Positions 26,641 to 39,804 are shown, counted from the stretch's first letter. The stretch: 64,000 nucleotides of DNA from Eledone cirrhosa (GCA_964016885.1 OZ024740.1:153388001-153452000); one strand, 5' to 3'. The notes: generated by a model not told the origin, from the letters alone. Made by a program: numbers and translations.

Positions 26641-29600
26641 TAATAATAATGATTTCTTTATTAACCACAAGGGTTTACATAAAGTAGACATTAAGGACAG
26701 TGCAGGACAATGCAGGACGGTACAAATGGGCATTTCTGCGTGTAAAAAAAGAAAAACAGAGGATGTAACAAAAATAACAATGAAAATAACAATGAAAAAT
26801 TCCCCAATAGGGGGGAGACTTCGGAGGGACATTTGTGGAGAAAGCCCAGTAAAAAGCCACAATGACCCTGACCACCAAGGCAAGTGCCCTCTCCCAGTTT
26901 TCCACCTTTAGTTTACAGATATATACTCAGAGTCGGCCCATTCACTCGGGCCATTCTTGCTTCTCTCACCCATCTTTCAACAAAATGCTGGGAAGAGAGC
27001 ACTTCCCTCTCTACTCTGATTTTCCTTTTCAAATGAAATTTGAAAAAGTCAATCAGAGCATCACCGAAGAGGTAAGTGCTCGTCTTCAGCCCTTTCAAAC
27101 GTGTCCACCATACTATCTCTTTCGCCATGGCCACCAGACAGATCAAAACTGCCTGCCCTTCCCGGCTAAAGGAGGAGGGCGGGGCAATCCTCACGATAGA
27201 CTCAGATGATAGCTGGATCCGTCCTAAACGCGACAGCAGGTGTTCGACATAAACCCACAAGTCAGCAATTTTCGGACACTGGACGAGTGCGTGCAGGACG
27301 GTTTCGTCGCCCTGCGCGCATCTCGGACATGCCCGGCTGACGGCACCTCCATGCCTGTAGAGTTTATCCCGAACTGGCAAGGCTCCTCGGTAGCACTGCC
27401 AGGCCAGAGATTTCTGGAAGTTGTCCATAGGCCCTGGCCCGAAAGTTCTTCCGAAGAGATTGGCTAGTTGATTTTCGTCGACGCCTAGAGTTTCCCCAAG
27501 TACGTCGTCGCTCTTCCCCTCCACTAATCCTCTATAGAACGCCGAGGTGGAGTTTCCACCGATCACATTGCCCGATTGGTCGAGGGCTGTGAGCGCCTGA
27601 AGACATTCCAGTCTCCAGGCGCTCCCTCTCGGTCTTCCCTTGACCCAGGACTGCAGCTCCGTCAAGGAAACGAGCTGGGGAAAAACGCGTCTAGCAAACG
27701 GCGACCACACCTGATCACCGTCGAGGAAGAGGTGGAGATGTCGTAGCCTGAGCGCGTGCCTGCGCATCATCAGCCACGGCATGCCCAGCCCTCCACGTAG
27801 CGGGTGTTGACAACAGATGGACCGCCTGACCCTCGGAGCGCGTCCCTTCCACAAAAAGCGAAAGAGCAAACGCTCCAGCGCAGTCAGGCGAGGCTTAGGA
27901 CAAGGTACGACGGTCAGGCGGTAGCAGATGACAGACGCGATGTACGCGTTAGCCACCTCCGCTCGACCTTTCAGGGATAGCTTCCTCTCCGCCCATTTCT
28001 GGGTGAGAGAAGCCACCCTGCTCGTCACCTCGTCCCAGTTTTTGTCCGTCTGGAGGTCCGGACCGAACCAGAGCCCTAGCAATTTAACCGGTCCGTCCGT
28101 CCAGCGTCCGACGACGCTGTTGGACAGCATGGACCTGCCTCTCCAGGTGCCGAGCTGCAGGCCCACTGACTTTTCCTGGTTGATCATTGCTCCTGTCACC
28201 GCTTCGTATTCTCTTAGTGTAGTGCCGATCGCCTCGATGTGTTTGGCGTTCGACTCCACTACGGTGACATCGTCCGCATATGCTGACACGGTTCTTCCGC
28301 ATCCTAGTTCGCGCGGGATGCCCCTCAACGTCTCCAGTTTGTGCAGTAATGGCTCGAGAGTCAATACGTACAAGAGGGACGAGAGGGGACATCCTTGGCG
28401 GACCGAGCGCATGATGTTGAACGGTTCCGACAGGTGACCGTTCACTCTCACCACAGAGCAGATGTCGCTGTGAATGGCAGCGATCCAGCCTCTGAAGACG
28501 GGCCCAAAGCCAGCCGCCCTCAGGACTGCCGCTAGGTAACGATGGTCGACCCTATCGAAAGCTTTCGACTGATCTAAATTGATCAAGGACCCACCCGTGC
28601 CAGGTTCCCTAGCTACCCTCTCTACGATGTATCGCATGAGGTGGAGGTTGTCGTGGATGGATCTGTCTGGAATGGCGCATGTCTGCGCCTCTCCCACCAG
28701 ACCACCAACGACAAGCGCCAACCTCTTTGCTAGCACCTTGGCCAAAATCTTGAACTCTGTGTTTAGCAGAGTTATAGGCCGGAAATTATCTATGTTATCC
28801 CCCTTGTTCGGATCCTTTCTCAGCAGTGCCACCGCTCCTCGGCTCACAGAACTGGGAATTCTCCCGTTCTGTTGCCAGTTGCAGTAGACGTCCGCCAAGA
28901 GGCCTCCGAACAAGTCTGGCATCTGTACGTAAAGTTCATAGGGCAGACCATCCAAACCAGGCGATTTACCCCTTGTGCAGCCAGTCATTGCCTCCCTTAC
29001 TTCAGCGGCTGTTATCGGCTTTTCGCAACACTTCGCCTCAGTGGCCGAGAGCCGCGGCAGTCCGTCGAGGTAGACACTAAAGTCCATCCCTCTACCCGGC
29101 CCACCGCTGCCCCCGAACAGCTGAGCGAAGTGTCGCTGAAAAGCTTCACACATTTGCCCGGGATCGAGTAGCATGCGCCCGTCGTGGTCCACCAAAGACC
29201 GGATCGTGGCTTTGTTGCCACGACGCGCCTCCGCCACTCGGGCCCATTGAACGGCTTTCGTCCCCTCGTGTCTGAGAGCACGCACCCTTGCTCTGACAAC
29301 GCAGCCTTCGTGCTTTGCATTGAAGAATTGGTCAAGGGCCAATTTCGCCGCAAGCACGTCGGTCGCAATGCCTTTGCTAAGCGCCTCGTCTAATTTTCTA
29401 ACTAGTTCTCCCTCTGCTCTATTTTTCTCTATTGCTAAAGCCTTACTAAACCTAATGGATTCTATTCTAATCGCTCTTTTCAGAGCAAACCACCACTTGT
29501 TGTTGACGATGGCCCCCGTCAACGCCCGCTTAACTAGTTCGCTAATCCGGTCTCTGTAGGCCTTGCGCGCTGGTAAGGACGTGTTTAGCTTCCAGTAGCC

Positions 29601-30082
29601 GGGTCCTCGTCTATGAAGCCTATCTAAGTCAAGCACACAGATCACGAATTTGTGGTCCGTGTAGCTGACTATCTTGAATTGTGGACAGCCTATGCTAGAC
29701 CTATCTATTTCCCTACAAAATACTCTATCTAGATATGATCTGGATGACCCTATACGATTTGTCCAAGTCCACATTGGCACATTCGGGAAATCCAATCGGT
29801 ACCTGTCAGACAGTTCAAAACTCCTGAGCAGGTTGGTGAGGCTCTTGCACCCTCCACCCCTATCCGCTAATCCCACACAGTCCCAGCGTGCATCTAAGAT
29901 CCCGTTCCAGTCGCCCACTAACACTAAAGAGCGGGACGTTCCAAGAAAGGTCTCCAGATGCCGGAAGAAATCAGGCCGCCCTGCTCCTGTCGGGGAATAG
30001 ACGGCCACTAGCCTGAAAGCTTGCCCGTCTCCGCTGGTCACGTCCAGCACCACCAACTTACCCTCTGGGTCCAGGAAGATGT
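26610..30082 (-). mobile_element. Tx1/L1-clade LINE, 5'-truncated, young
   Basis: Uninterrupted ORF2; 3' UTR with AATAAA followed by a (TTA)n tail; GC- and CpG-rich compared with flanks. Confidence 0.9.
26913..30056 (-). CDS. LINE ORF2 (partial APE endonuclease, RT, C-terminal Cys/His finger), 1047 aa, N-terminus truncated
   Basis: VYSP, GDWN, SYLDRVF, TDH, GYWKLNTS, KSPGLDG, FRPITLLN, DQSKAFDRV, VRQGCPLS, YADD, CPRC..ET..H..C. Confidence 0.9.
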   Translation of the reverse strand: MVVLDVTSGDGQAFRLVAVYSPTGAGRPDFFRHLETFLGTSRSLVLVGDWNGILDARWDCVGLADRGGGCKSLTNLLRSFELSDRYRLDFPNVPMWTWTNRIGSSRSYLDRVFCREIDRSSIGCPQFKIVSYTDHKFVICVLDLDRLHRRGPGYWKLNTSLPARKAYRDRISELVKRALTGAIVNNKWWFALKRAIRIESIRFSKALAIEKNRAEGELVRKLDEALSKGIATDVLAAKLALDQFFNAKHEGCVVRARVRALRHEGTKAVQWARVAEARRGNKATIRSLVDHDGRMLLDPGQMCEAFQRHFAQLFGGSGGPGRGMDFSVYLDGLPRLSATEAKCCEKPITAAEVREAMTGCTRGKSPGLDGLPYELYVQMPDLFGGLLADVYCNWQQNGRIPSSVSRGAVALLRKDPNKGDNIDNFRPITLLNTEFKILAKVLAKRLALVVGGLVGEAQTCAIPDRSIHDNLHLMRYIVERVAREPGTGGSLINLDQSKAFDRVDHRYLAAVLRAAGFGPVFRGWIAAIHSDICSVVRVNGHLSEPFNIMRSVRQGCPLSSLLYVLTLEPLLHKLETLRGIPRELGCGRTVSAYADDVTVVESNAKHIEAIGTTLREYEAVTGAMINQEKSVGLQLGTWRGRSMLSNSVVGRWTDGPVKLLGLWFGPDLQTDKNWDEVTSRVASLTQKWAERKLSLKGRAEVANAYIASVICYRLTVVPCPKPRLTALERLLFRFLWKGRAPRVRRSICCQHPLRGGLGMPWLMMRRHALRLRHLHLFLDGDQVWSPFARRVFPQLVSLTELQSWVKGRPRGSAWRLECLQALTALDQSGNVIGGNSTSAFYRGLVEGKSDDVLGETLGVDENQLANLFGRTFGPGPMDNFQKSLAWQCYRGALPVRDKLYRHGGAVSRACPRCAQGDETVLHALVQCPKIADLWVYVEHLLSRLGRIQLSSESIVRIAPPSSFSREGQAVLICLVAMAKEIVWWTRLKGLKTSTYLFGDALIDFFKFHLKRKIRVEREVLSSQHFVERWVREARMARVNGPTLSIYL

Positions 30083-30810
30083 AATGCTTGGTTTGTTTGT
30101 AAACAAACAGCCCGAATTAAGCCGTACAGTGTTTAGAAACCATCGTTGCCCTTTTGTTCAACACTGACATCGTTCCTTTGTCAGTGTTGAACAAAAAAAC
30201 AACGATGGTTGCTAAACACTGTACGGCTTAATTCGGGATGTTTGTTTACAAACAAACCGAGCATTATAATAAATGTTCGGTAAACCCATACGTACATATG
30301 TATATGTGTGCATGTATGTATATAAATATACATACTACTATACGTCTGTATACATATATGTATGTACGTATACATACTTATATTTAAGTAACAACCGTAC
30401 TAAGAGTGAGAAATGAAATTTCGTTTAATTTTTTCTATTTATCGTTTTCGGTGCGCCCGGCCGACTAACTCACTCGATATGCAAATTAGGCTGCTCAGCC
30501 GTTAATATGCATAAGGAAAGTATATACTTTCAGACGTTCAACTATCTGGCAGGAAGGTATACGATGCTGACGATAGCTAATAAGCTTGAAACTAGTACAT
30601 CGTTCCTTTGTCAGTGTTGAACAAAAGGGCAACGATGGTTGCTAAACACTGTACGGCTTAATTCGGGCTGTTTGTTTACAAACAAACCGAGCATTATAAT
30701 AAATGTTCGGTAAACCCATACGTACATATATATATGTGTGTGCATGTATGTATATATATACATACTACTGTACGTCTGTATACATATATGTATGTACGTA
30801 TACATACTTA
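30083..30810 (+). mobile_element. Family A HHR repeat: short inverted piece, one 430-nt monomer and a partial second monomer
   Basis: catcgttcctttgtcagtgttgaac at 30168 and 30598; 30083-30168 is inverted. Confidence 0.8.
30561..30603 (+). ncRNA. Minimal type I hammerhead ribozyme (family A)
   Basis: Identical to 21227-21269; predicted cleavage between 30597 and 30598. Confidence 0.8.
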
Positions 30811-30850
30811 TATATATATATATATGTATACACACACACACACATATATA

Positions 30851-30985
30851 TTCTGTTTAATGCCAACACAAGAGCAAGAATGAGGGGCTCATTCTACTGA
30901 CATGGCTTTAAAATGAGGCTTGTTTGCATAATTGCAAACGAATCGAATATTGCTATTAATATTCGAAAAAATCAGATTACATTTA
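30851..30985 (+). repeat. Family B tail segment ending in (TA)n
   Basis: ttctgtttaatgccaacacaagagcaagaatg..cagattacattt matches the sequence downstream of the 19720-19765 HHR. Confidence 0.75.
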
Positions 30986-31002
30986 TATATATATATATAT
31001 AT

Positions 31003-31065
<63 letters not shown>

Positions 31066-31339
31066 CAATGAAAAAGAGTTAGATTAAATTAGATACTATA
31101 CTAAAAAATATATATTCGAAGATGCAAATTAATAATGTAACTATATAATAAAGAAAAATTATAAATTATTAATTTCCTAGACAATTTATCGTAGTTGAAG
31201 TAAACAATATAATTTAGTAGATACTAGCAGAATGGCCCGGCGTTGCTCGGGGTTTGCTCTAAGGTTCTTATATATTTGATATATATTTATCCTTATCGAG
31301 CCTCGTGAAATAAATACGTTTGCAAAAATATCTGTACAC

Positions 31340-32050
<711 letters not shown>

Positions 32051-32051
32051 T

Positions 32052-32633
32052 TAAGGTAAATATTGATGTAATTCAATTCAAGCGCTCAACGTACTTTTTC
32101 CACACAGGAGTGACGGAGTAAATAGCGAATAAGGAAAAGAGAAGTAGTTTCAGATCTTCAAGTCTTTTAAAAATAATTGTTTCTATATTAGGCACAAGGC
32201 CAGCAATTACCCAGTACATTACTGGTACTTTATTTTATCGACCCCGTAAAGATGAAAGGCAAAGTTAACCTCGGCGGGATTTGAACTCAGTCTTTTAATA
32301 ATAATGCTGTGATATATATTTCAATGGCGACAGTGGTCACACTGTTCCGTGTGCCAGTGTCGCGACATCGTCAGACAGCTTTTTACATAATAAGGTTATG
32401 TTTCCGAGGCAATCCAAATTGAATCGACATGGGAACGGACGAAGTGTGTGCTCTTAGGTTCTTCGTCCATTCCCCTGTGAGTACCAATTCACCCCCATCG
32501 GTCTGCGCAGGCGCAGGTCCGTAGGAAGTTGACCATTAGCTACCGCAGATTCTTATTCGATATTTACTCCGTCACTCCTATGTGGAATAAGTACGTTGAG
32601 TGCTTGAATTGAATTGCATCAATATTTACCCTA
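32052..32633. mobile_element. ~580-bp foldback element with ~84-bp inverted ends, containing an HHR and a truncated SINE
   Basis: 32052-32135 is the inverse of 32550-32633; SINE fragment 32171-32290 is bracketed by AGTCTTTTAA. Confidence 0.75.
32306..32379 (-). ncRNA. Type I hammerhead ribozyme motif
   Basis: Minus strand GCTGT-CTGACGA-T-GTCGCGACA..TGTCGCCAT-T-GAAA-TATATA-TC-ACAGC: perfect stem I, long stem II, palindromic loop III, AUC triplet. Confidence 0.75.
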
Positions 32634-33094
32634 AGAATTTAGCTCCAATTAGTTGAGCGCTCTATGATGTAACCGATATGGTGGAGAACAGAGGAACCCG
32701 CCACGAGCTACACCCGGAAATCCCCCCTACCATGGGGATGGAAACCCCTGATACTGGACGGACATAATAATACCTTTCGGCAGGATAAATACGCGGAAAC
32801 AAAAACAAAGATAAACCCCTATTTTCCTGCACCAAATTGCATTTGAACAGAAGCCCCCTCAATTCAATCTATACATGGACAAATTGACAATCATATTGAT
32901 CATCTATCTCATTTTGCATATATGTACTCTATGTGTTTTTGCATTTATTCATTAATTGGTTTTTTTCTTTTGTGTACGTTATATCGTTTTTTTTTTTTTG
33001 TTTTGTTTCATGTGATGGAAATTCTAACTATGTACCCGACTAAATAATACCTTTCATACTGGAATTTACCCTCCGTTCTACTGTACGGTCGCAG

Positions 33095-33227
<133 letters not shown>

Positions 33228-33318
33228 GAGTTATACATCTGAAATATAATGTGTAAAACATTGCTCTATTCTATCATTTATTTGTCCTGTTTTGCCCTAC
33301 ATTTCTACACACACACAG

Positions 33319-33378
<60 letters not shown>

Positions 33379-33383
33379 ATATA

Positions 33384-33441
<58 letters not shown>

Positions 33442-33450
<9 letters not shown>

Positions 33451-34162
33451 GCAATAAAGTCCTTAGAATAACCCTTTAAATGAAAATGCACAATATATTG
33501 AAACCAAAATTTATTTTTTTCTGCAAAACATAATCTCCATGAATGCAATAACATCTTTACAGAGCTTATGCAAAGCATTTAACTCCTTCTGGAACTCTTC
33601 CTCCGGCAATTGTCGGAATCAGTGCAACGATTCATCTATTACCTCTTCTAATGAAGCGAAAACAAATTTTCTTTGTTTATTCCAGTAACATGTCCAATGC
33701 AACGAAATGATTCTTTTTGTTCTGCATCAATGATACTTTGATTGAGTTGAACGTTCGTATGAATAGTGGTTGTGCAAGGATGGCCAGAACGAGGGGCATC
33801 AATAAGTGATGATCTACTGCCATCTTTGAATTGTTTCACCCAATGATAGATGGTTGAATTTGATGGAACGTTGTTAATTCCACTCTCCTTCAATTGTGCG
33901 ATAATATTTGTTGCTGATTTGCCTCGTTTCCATTTAATGAAAACGCATGCTCTAAAATATTCTTGGCTTAATTCGATGCATGTATTATAAACTCACAAGA
34001 ATGACAACAAAATAGTTATGCATGGGGCTGTGACAAAATACAGCATTCATACAGAATATCACACGTGTACAACAAAGTTCAAATTCCATCTAATATTAAC
34101 TACATTTACTGCTATATACGAAACACAGTCTGCTATTCTAAATACCTTATTGCCACGCCAAG
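33442..34162 (-). mobile_element. Internally deleted mariner, near-identical to 12485-13199
   Basis: ORF 33648-33893; TIRs tggcatggcaataaag and cttattgccacgcca; TA flanks. Confidence 0.85.
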
Positions 34163-34647
34163 TACATCTTGTTGTTGAGTTCCTTCTGCTTCTTACGGAG
34201 AGCATTAAGTAAGTTTCGTCGTTTCAGTAACAATTTCGAATAATGGAGCTGAAGTTGCTGTACTCCTGCTCCATCCCTTCTCCCTTCTCAATTTATATAT
34301 TTATCTAGGATATAATATAGCAATAAGAAAACACCGAAGACAACTTATCTTATATCTTTTGTTCACATACACACATACATACAAAGATACATACAGACAT
34401 GTATACAGTACTTATCTGGTAAGTATCTAATCATTAAAAAGGTGACTCCGGCGATATTGGAACATAGCTATTTCCCCCATGCTATCTATTCCAGTGTCCT
34501 ACAGATTCTACCACCTTTATTAAAGATATACTTCCTATTACTAATTATACGTTGTCTTTGTTTCCAAAAATAACTCATAGTATTTCTTCCAAATCTAGCT
34601 GTTATCAGGGCTGCACCCACTATTAATAGAGTTCCAGAGGGTAAGTT

Positions 34648-34737
<90 letters not shown>

Positions 34738-35608
34738 CACATAGATAGCAACCTCATAATATCGTAATGCAGACAGCAGACATACAGACAGATAGTATAA
34801 AGGCGCAACGTTATATCTATGTATCTATCTAAAAAGAAAGACTAAGAATTATAGAGAGAGATCGCTAAATCGCCTAATGCGGGCATTGAACATTTGAAAT
34901 TTTCTTTGCTCAAAACACTTACATGACCATAAGTATTACATGTGTAAAGTCATAATGTCGTAATGCAGACAGCCAGACACACAGACAGATATTATAAGGG
35001 CGCGACGTTCGGCGCCTAATGTGGTCCCTAGGGCATTGAAAATTTGAAATATTTTTTGCTCAAAACACTCACACGACCATAAGTATTACATGTGTAAAGT
35101 TAAAGTTTAAAAACAATCGGTTGGGTGGTTCTCGAGTTTTAGGGAGTCAGACAGACAGACAGACAGACAGATAAACATTCTCTGTTTTAGATATATAGAT
35201 TGAGGGTGGAAAAATATTTAACAATTTGCTTTGCTAATTTATAACTGGCTAAGTTATCATTATATGGGATTAATAAATTGGTTCAAAAGAAAAGATGTAT
35301 TTGTTCTAGCTAGAAAAATGCATGTATTATAGCCTAATATGTCAATTTATATTAAAATTAATTCGTTTATATACTAATTAAAGTTAAAATAGATGTAAAA
35401 GTTATGATGAAGGAATATTATAATACTTATTTGTTTTATTTAGCTTATTAACGATTTATAAATAAAATAGCAGAAAAGGTATGTATAAAGAGAAACACGC
35501 AAGCCAGGAACAACAGTTGGTAATAAGTTGTGAGTATCGGCGGGAAAACGCCATGTGCTGTGTAGTTAGTTACCATGGTGATATCTATTTATCTTTAACA
35601 CATACACA

Positions 35609-35684
<76 letters not shown>

Positions 35685-36015
35685 CTCTCTCTCTCTCTCG
35701 CTCCCTCTCTCTCTCTCTCTGTATTTCTTTCTCAACATTTTGTATGGGAAAAATAGTTTCGGTTTACGAACATTTCGTATGACGAACGACCTTCAGGAAT
35801 TTAGAAAAGCCAAGATGACTCAAATTATGTATGTAAACATTAATTGAAAAGGTTTGAAGCGATGAGTGTATATGAATTATATAATTGTAGGACTCTCAGC
35901 ACAGGGATAGCTGTGAACAGCTGATTGCTATGTTCTTAGCAAAAAGTCGGGTTAAAATATAACCAAATATTGAGCGGAAGAACGGGGAGAGGAAGAGAAT
36001 GGAAGGAAGACCGTG

Positions 36016-36112
<97 letters not shown>

Positions 36113-36217
36113 GGGGGGGGGTGTATGTATATAAAAGGTAAACAGAAATAACAACACAATCGGTACAGTATATGGAAGGAATATATTAGGTCAACGCTTG
36201 AAATAGCAGGAAGAGGG

Positions 36218-36255
36218 CCTTAACGTTTCGGACGTTAGTCCTTCATCAGGAAAAA
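36218..36255 (-). ncRNA. Minimal PLE-type hammerhead motif
   Basis: Minus strand CTGATGA-A-GGAC-TAAC-GTCC-GAAA-CG-TT; palindromic AACGTT; stem I weak; ~100-nt tail then (TA)n. Confidence 0.6.
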
Positions 36256-37102
36256 GAATGAGAAATTAGGAAGATTGAAGGGACGGGCGGGGTAACTCTT
36301 GTATAGATATACAAGACTGTTATAGCGCGGTGTGTCTCTATGTAATGAATTGTTACATAATTCAGTCTTTTAAACAAATGTAAGAAATAATATGCTTCTG
36401 TTGTTACAGATAAACGTGACCCAAGCAAGGATTTCTTTTCTTGGTACAATATTCGCAGTAAGTTTTCTCATTACAAATATTCTACACACTTTGTCTCATC
36501 TTACTCGTCGTTGTTAGTGGTGTTGGTGGAGTTGGTAATGGTGATAGCGATGGTTTTGTGGTGGTGGTATGGTGGTGGTGGTGGTAGTGGTGATGGTGGT
36601 GATGGTGCTGATATTGAAAATGAATGTGATGATAATTTTAGTGGTGGTGGTGGTGGTACTATTGATGTTGCTTTGGGGTAGGGACGTTGTCATTGTTGAA
36701 ATTAAGTGTTGTTCTTTTTATTGTTGTCAGTGCTGTATTTGTTCATGATTGTGATGATTTTTCTCTTAGAAATGATAGGAATTGTTTAGATAAAGGAATC
36801 TTTTTCTTTTCGATTGTTCTTAAAACACTGTTTTAAGTGTGTTGTAGGGATGGATTTAATGCTGCGTGATTTTGGAACTCATTTCTAGTATGAACCAAGT
36901 GCTAGGAGTATTTCCCAGTCAAGTACTGGGGTAAAATTATCACAAAAGAATTTCCTCATTGACACAGAAAATATATTATTTTGAAAATGTGAATGAGTTC
37001 ATAGAAACTTGTAAATGATTTTTATTTGGAATGTAAAAACTGTCAATGAAGGATGGTTCAAGACAACAAACATTCGTTTTCATATAAGGGAAAAAATTGT
37101 GA

Positions 37103-37186
37103 TGTCAGAAGTGGGATTCGAACCCACGCTGGGAAGATCCAACTACGACCTGAACGCAGCGCTTTAGACTACTCAGTCATCCTGAC
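37103..37186 (-). tRNA. tRNA-Leu(CAG), probably a pseudogene or atypical copy
   Basis: GTCAGGA/TTCTGAC acceptor, anticodon arm CTGCG-TTCAGGT-CGTAG, long variable arm, GTGGGTTCGAATCCCAC T-arm, T6 downstream; D-arm differs (GACTGAGTAG instead of GGCCGAGCGG). Confidence 0.85.
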
Positions 37187-38768
37187 TCCATGAGAGTAAT
37201 AGTAACTTTTTATCAATAACTAGAAGAGGTGTATTATGTTTGATTTATCAGTGATTGCTCTCTCTTTCACTCTCTCACTCTCCCTCTCTCTCTCTTTCAC
37301 ACTGTTTATATTTCGTTTTTTATTTTCAATCTGATTTTATTTCTATTTACAGTTGCCTGTGCACCAGTTTGTCAATTCTTTGACAGAGAAAGTAATTCAA
37401 TTTATTTTCTTAAATTAATAATATTGGAAATTTAATATTCTGTTAATTAATTTGTAACATAGACAAGAAGCATCAAACATTTTACGTTCTGAATTCAAAT
37501 CCAAACAAAAGTTTACCTTTCATCAGTTATCTAAGTCAATTCAAGCAAGAGACTACATTCTTATAATCGCGAATTAATCTTCTCAGTGTTGCTTATGTTT
37601 TAAAAGCGAGTGAGGGTATAAAGTCGTCTAACGTACACAGTCTTCCTGTGACAAAACATTGATCTAACATTAGCTGAAGAAATGGCGGTTGATGGCAGAT
37701 ACGTTAAAGCATTGAAAAAAAAATATTTTGTGGCATTTAGTTACGGTTCTTTACGTTTCAAGTTCAAATCTCGCCGACATCAACTTCGCCTTTCATCCTG
37801 ATGAGGTCGATAAAATAAAGTAGCAGTCACGTACTGGGGTTGGTGTAATCAACCTTCCACTTCCCACAAATTGTTGACCCTGTGTCTTCTTAGTTAGGAA
37901 AAACACTGTTTTCAATGAAATTCAACAGAAATTACTCATACATATAAATTTTACTTGGGGAACTTGTGCAATAATTTTTGATAAGAATGAAATAAATGCT
38001 TAAAGTGGCGGCAGCGGTGGGTCATTGTAGTTTATCTGTCTAGTAATTCACTAGTTGTGAGATCATATTTCATTCTTCATTTTTTGGGGGTTTTGTGAAT
38101 GGTGAAATCGTTAAAGCAAATGTTCTTCTTGAATAGTTGGAAATTGATGGATTCAAAATATACTTGGACAGGTATGGGGTGATCCAGAGGGGTGATGTTT
38201 TATAAAGGACGGACTGGAGAAAGAGGTCAGTGTAGAGCACCAAAATGGTCATACTATGTGTGATAAGGGGTTGATAGACGAAAATAGTCGTGGTATGAAA
38301 CACCCCAAAGCTGAGGGGCTAAGGTTATTATGGTATCGATGGAAAAAGCAAAGAGATGCTGCGTGTCTATTGGTCAAAGGTTGGAGTGTGTTAGTGAGTG
38401 ACATTATATGAATCAGTTGTATGACATTTTGTGATTATTAACTAGGATGTCTGTACGTGTAGCACCAAACCAGTCTCTGGTGTGGGAGCTTGCTTTTCTG
38501 GGTCTCGTTTGAACTTTGCAGAAGATTAGTAGTTGTTGAAGGCCAAAGTATTTTCTAACTTTTAAGAGAACATCTTGTCCTTGCTGTGGTGAGGATGCGC
38601 AATACTGCAAAGCTCTGGAATAAATACTATGTCCGACACTTCACTACCTCTGCCAATTTGCAGCTTGGATTCATTTCAGTAAACTGTAGGATCAGTTGAT
38701 GAATTCAAGTGTTGACAGCTAACGCATGTAGTTTATTTCAATTTAAGTTTTTATTTTTCTAATAATAA

Positions 38769-39612
38769 CTAGCAAAATGACCCGGCGTTGGTCGGGATTC
38801 TAAACATAGATTGGCATGTTTATCCCTCCTTTCTGAAATAGTACAGAGAAGTACGGAATACCTCGACCTGGAGATGGTGTCTACATTTTGTGCTTATAAA
38901 AAAAAGTCTTCGTAGATTACCAGGGGTTTAACTTAATTGGGTGCCTGAGAATAAAATGTTCAACCCACGAAAGCCAAGACGATAGGGTTAAGTAAAAAGG
39001 TATTCGACAAACCGAACATGTATTTTTTGTGCTATGGTACAATGAAAGCAATAGTTACAGAGCAGTAAGCATGTGGGACTGCAGTGGTGGAGAGCATTGA
39101 AGGAATTTAGTTGGATACTTTTAAGGTTACAGCTCTAACGCAACCAAAATGCTAAACAATGCGGTCCCCGGGAAAAAATTCGAAATCTTTTTCAGTCAAG
39201 AAAATTTGTGAAACATAAGTAATGCATATGCAAAGTTTTGAAAGAATCGGTTGGGTACTTCTCGAGTTACAGGCCCTTACGCAACCAAAATGCTTTAAAA
39301 AATCGGTTTTTCGCCTAATGCGGTCCCTGGGGCAAAAAATGAAAAAATCTTTTTTGCTCAAAATACTTTCAACGACATAAGTAATGCAAATTTTGAAGAA
39401 ATCGCCTGGATTATTGTTCCGTTATGCCTTAAAAAAGCCTTTAGAGCCTAAAATATGCGGTTTTTCGCCTAATGCATTGAAAATTTAAAATATTTTTTGC
39501 TCAAAACACTCACACGACCATAAGTATTACATGTGTAAAGTTTGAAAAAAATCGGTTGGGTGGTTCTCGAATTTTAGGGGTACAACCAGACATTCTGTTT
39601 TAGATATATAGA
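38769..39612 (-). mobile_element. Complete ~840-bp non-autonomous Helitron
   Basis: 5' TC at 39612; 3' hairpin CCCGACCAACGCCGGG followed by CTAG at 38769; A|T insertion site; internal ~130-bp subrepeats. Confidence 0.8.
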
Positions 39613-39804
39613 TAATTGTTTCTACTTTTGACACAAGGCCAGCAATTACCCCAGTACATTACTGGTACTTTATTTTATCGACCCTGTAAGGATGAAAGGC
39701 AAAATTAACCTCGACGGGATTTTAACTCAGACCGTAAAGGGACGTAACTATGCTGGAAAGCATGGCGTCCGAACCTCTACCGATACTGCCAATTCACCGC
39801 GCCT
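39613..39804 (-). mobile_element. tRNA-derived SINE
   Basis: Full consensus. Confidence 0.88.

Noticed and set aside
27240-30000. Plus-strand ORFs overlapping the Tx1-like element
   Set aside because: Antisense shadow ORFs of a GC-rich coding sequence, with no motifs
36500-36760. (GGT)/(GAT)-rich stretch as a Gly/Asp-rich exon
   Set aside because: Degenerate trinucleotide microsatellite without a supported reading frame or splice context
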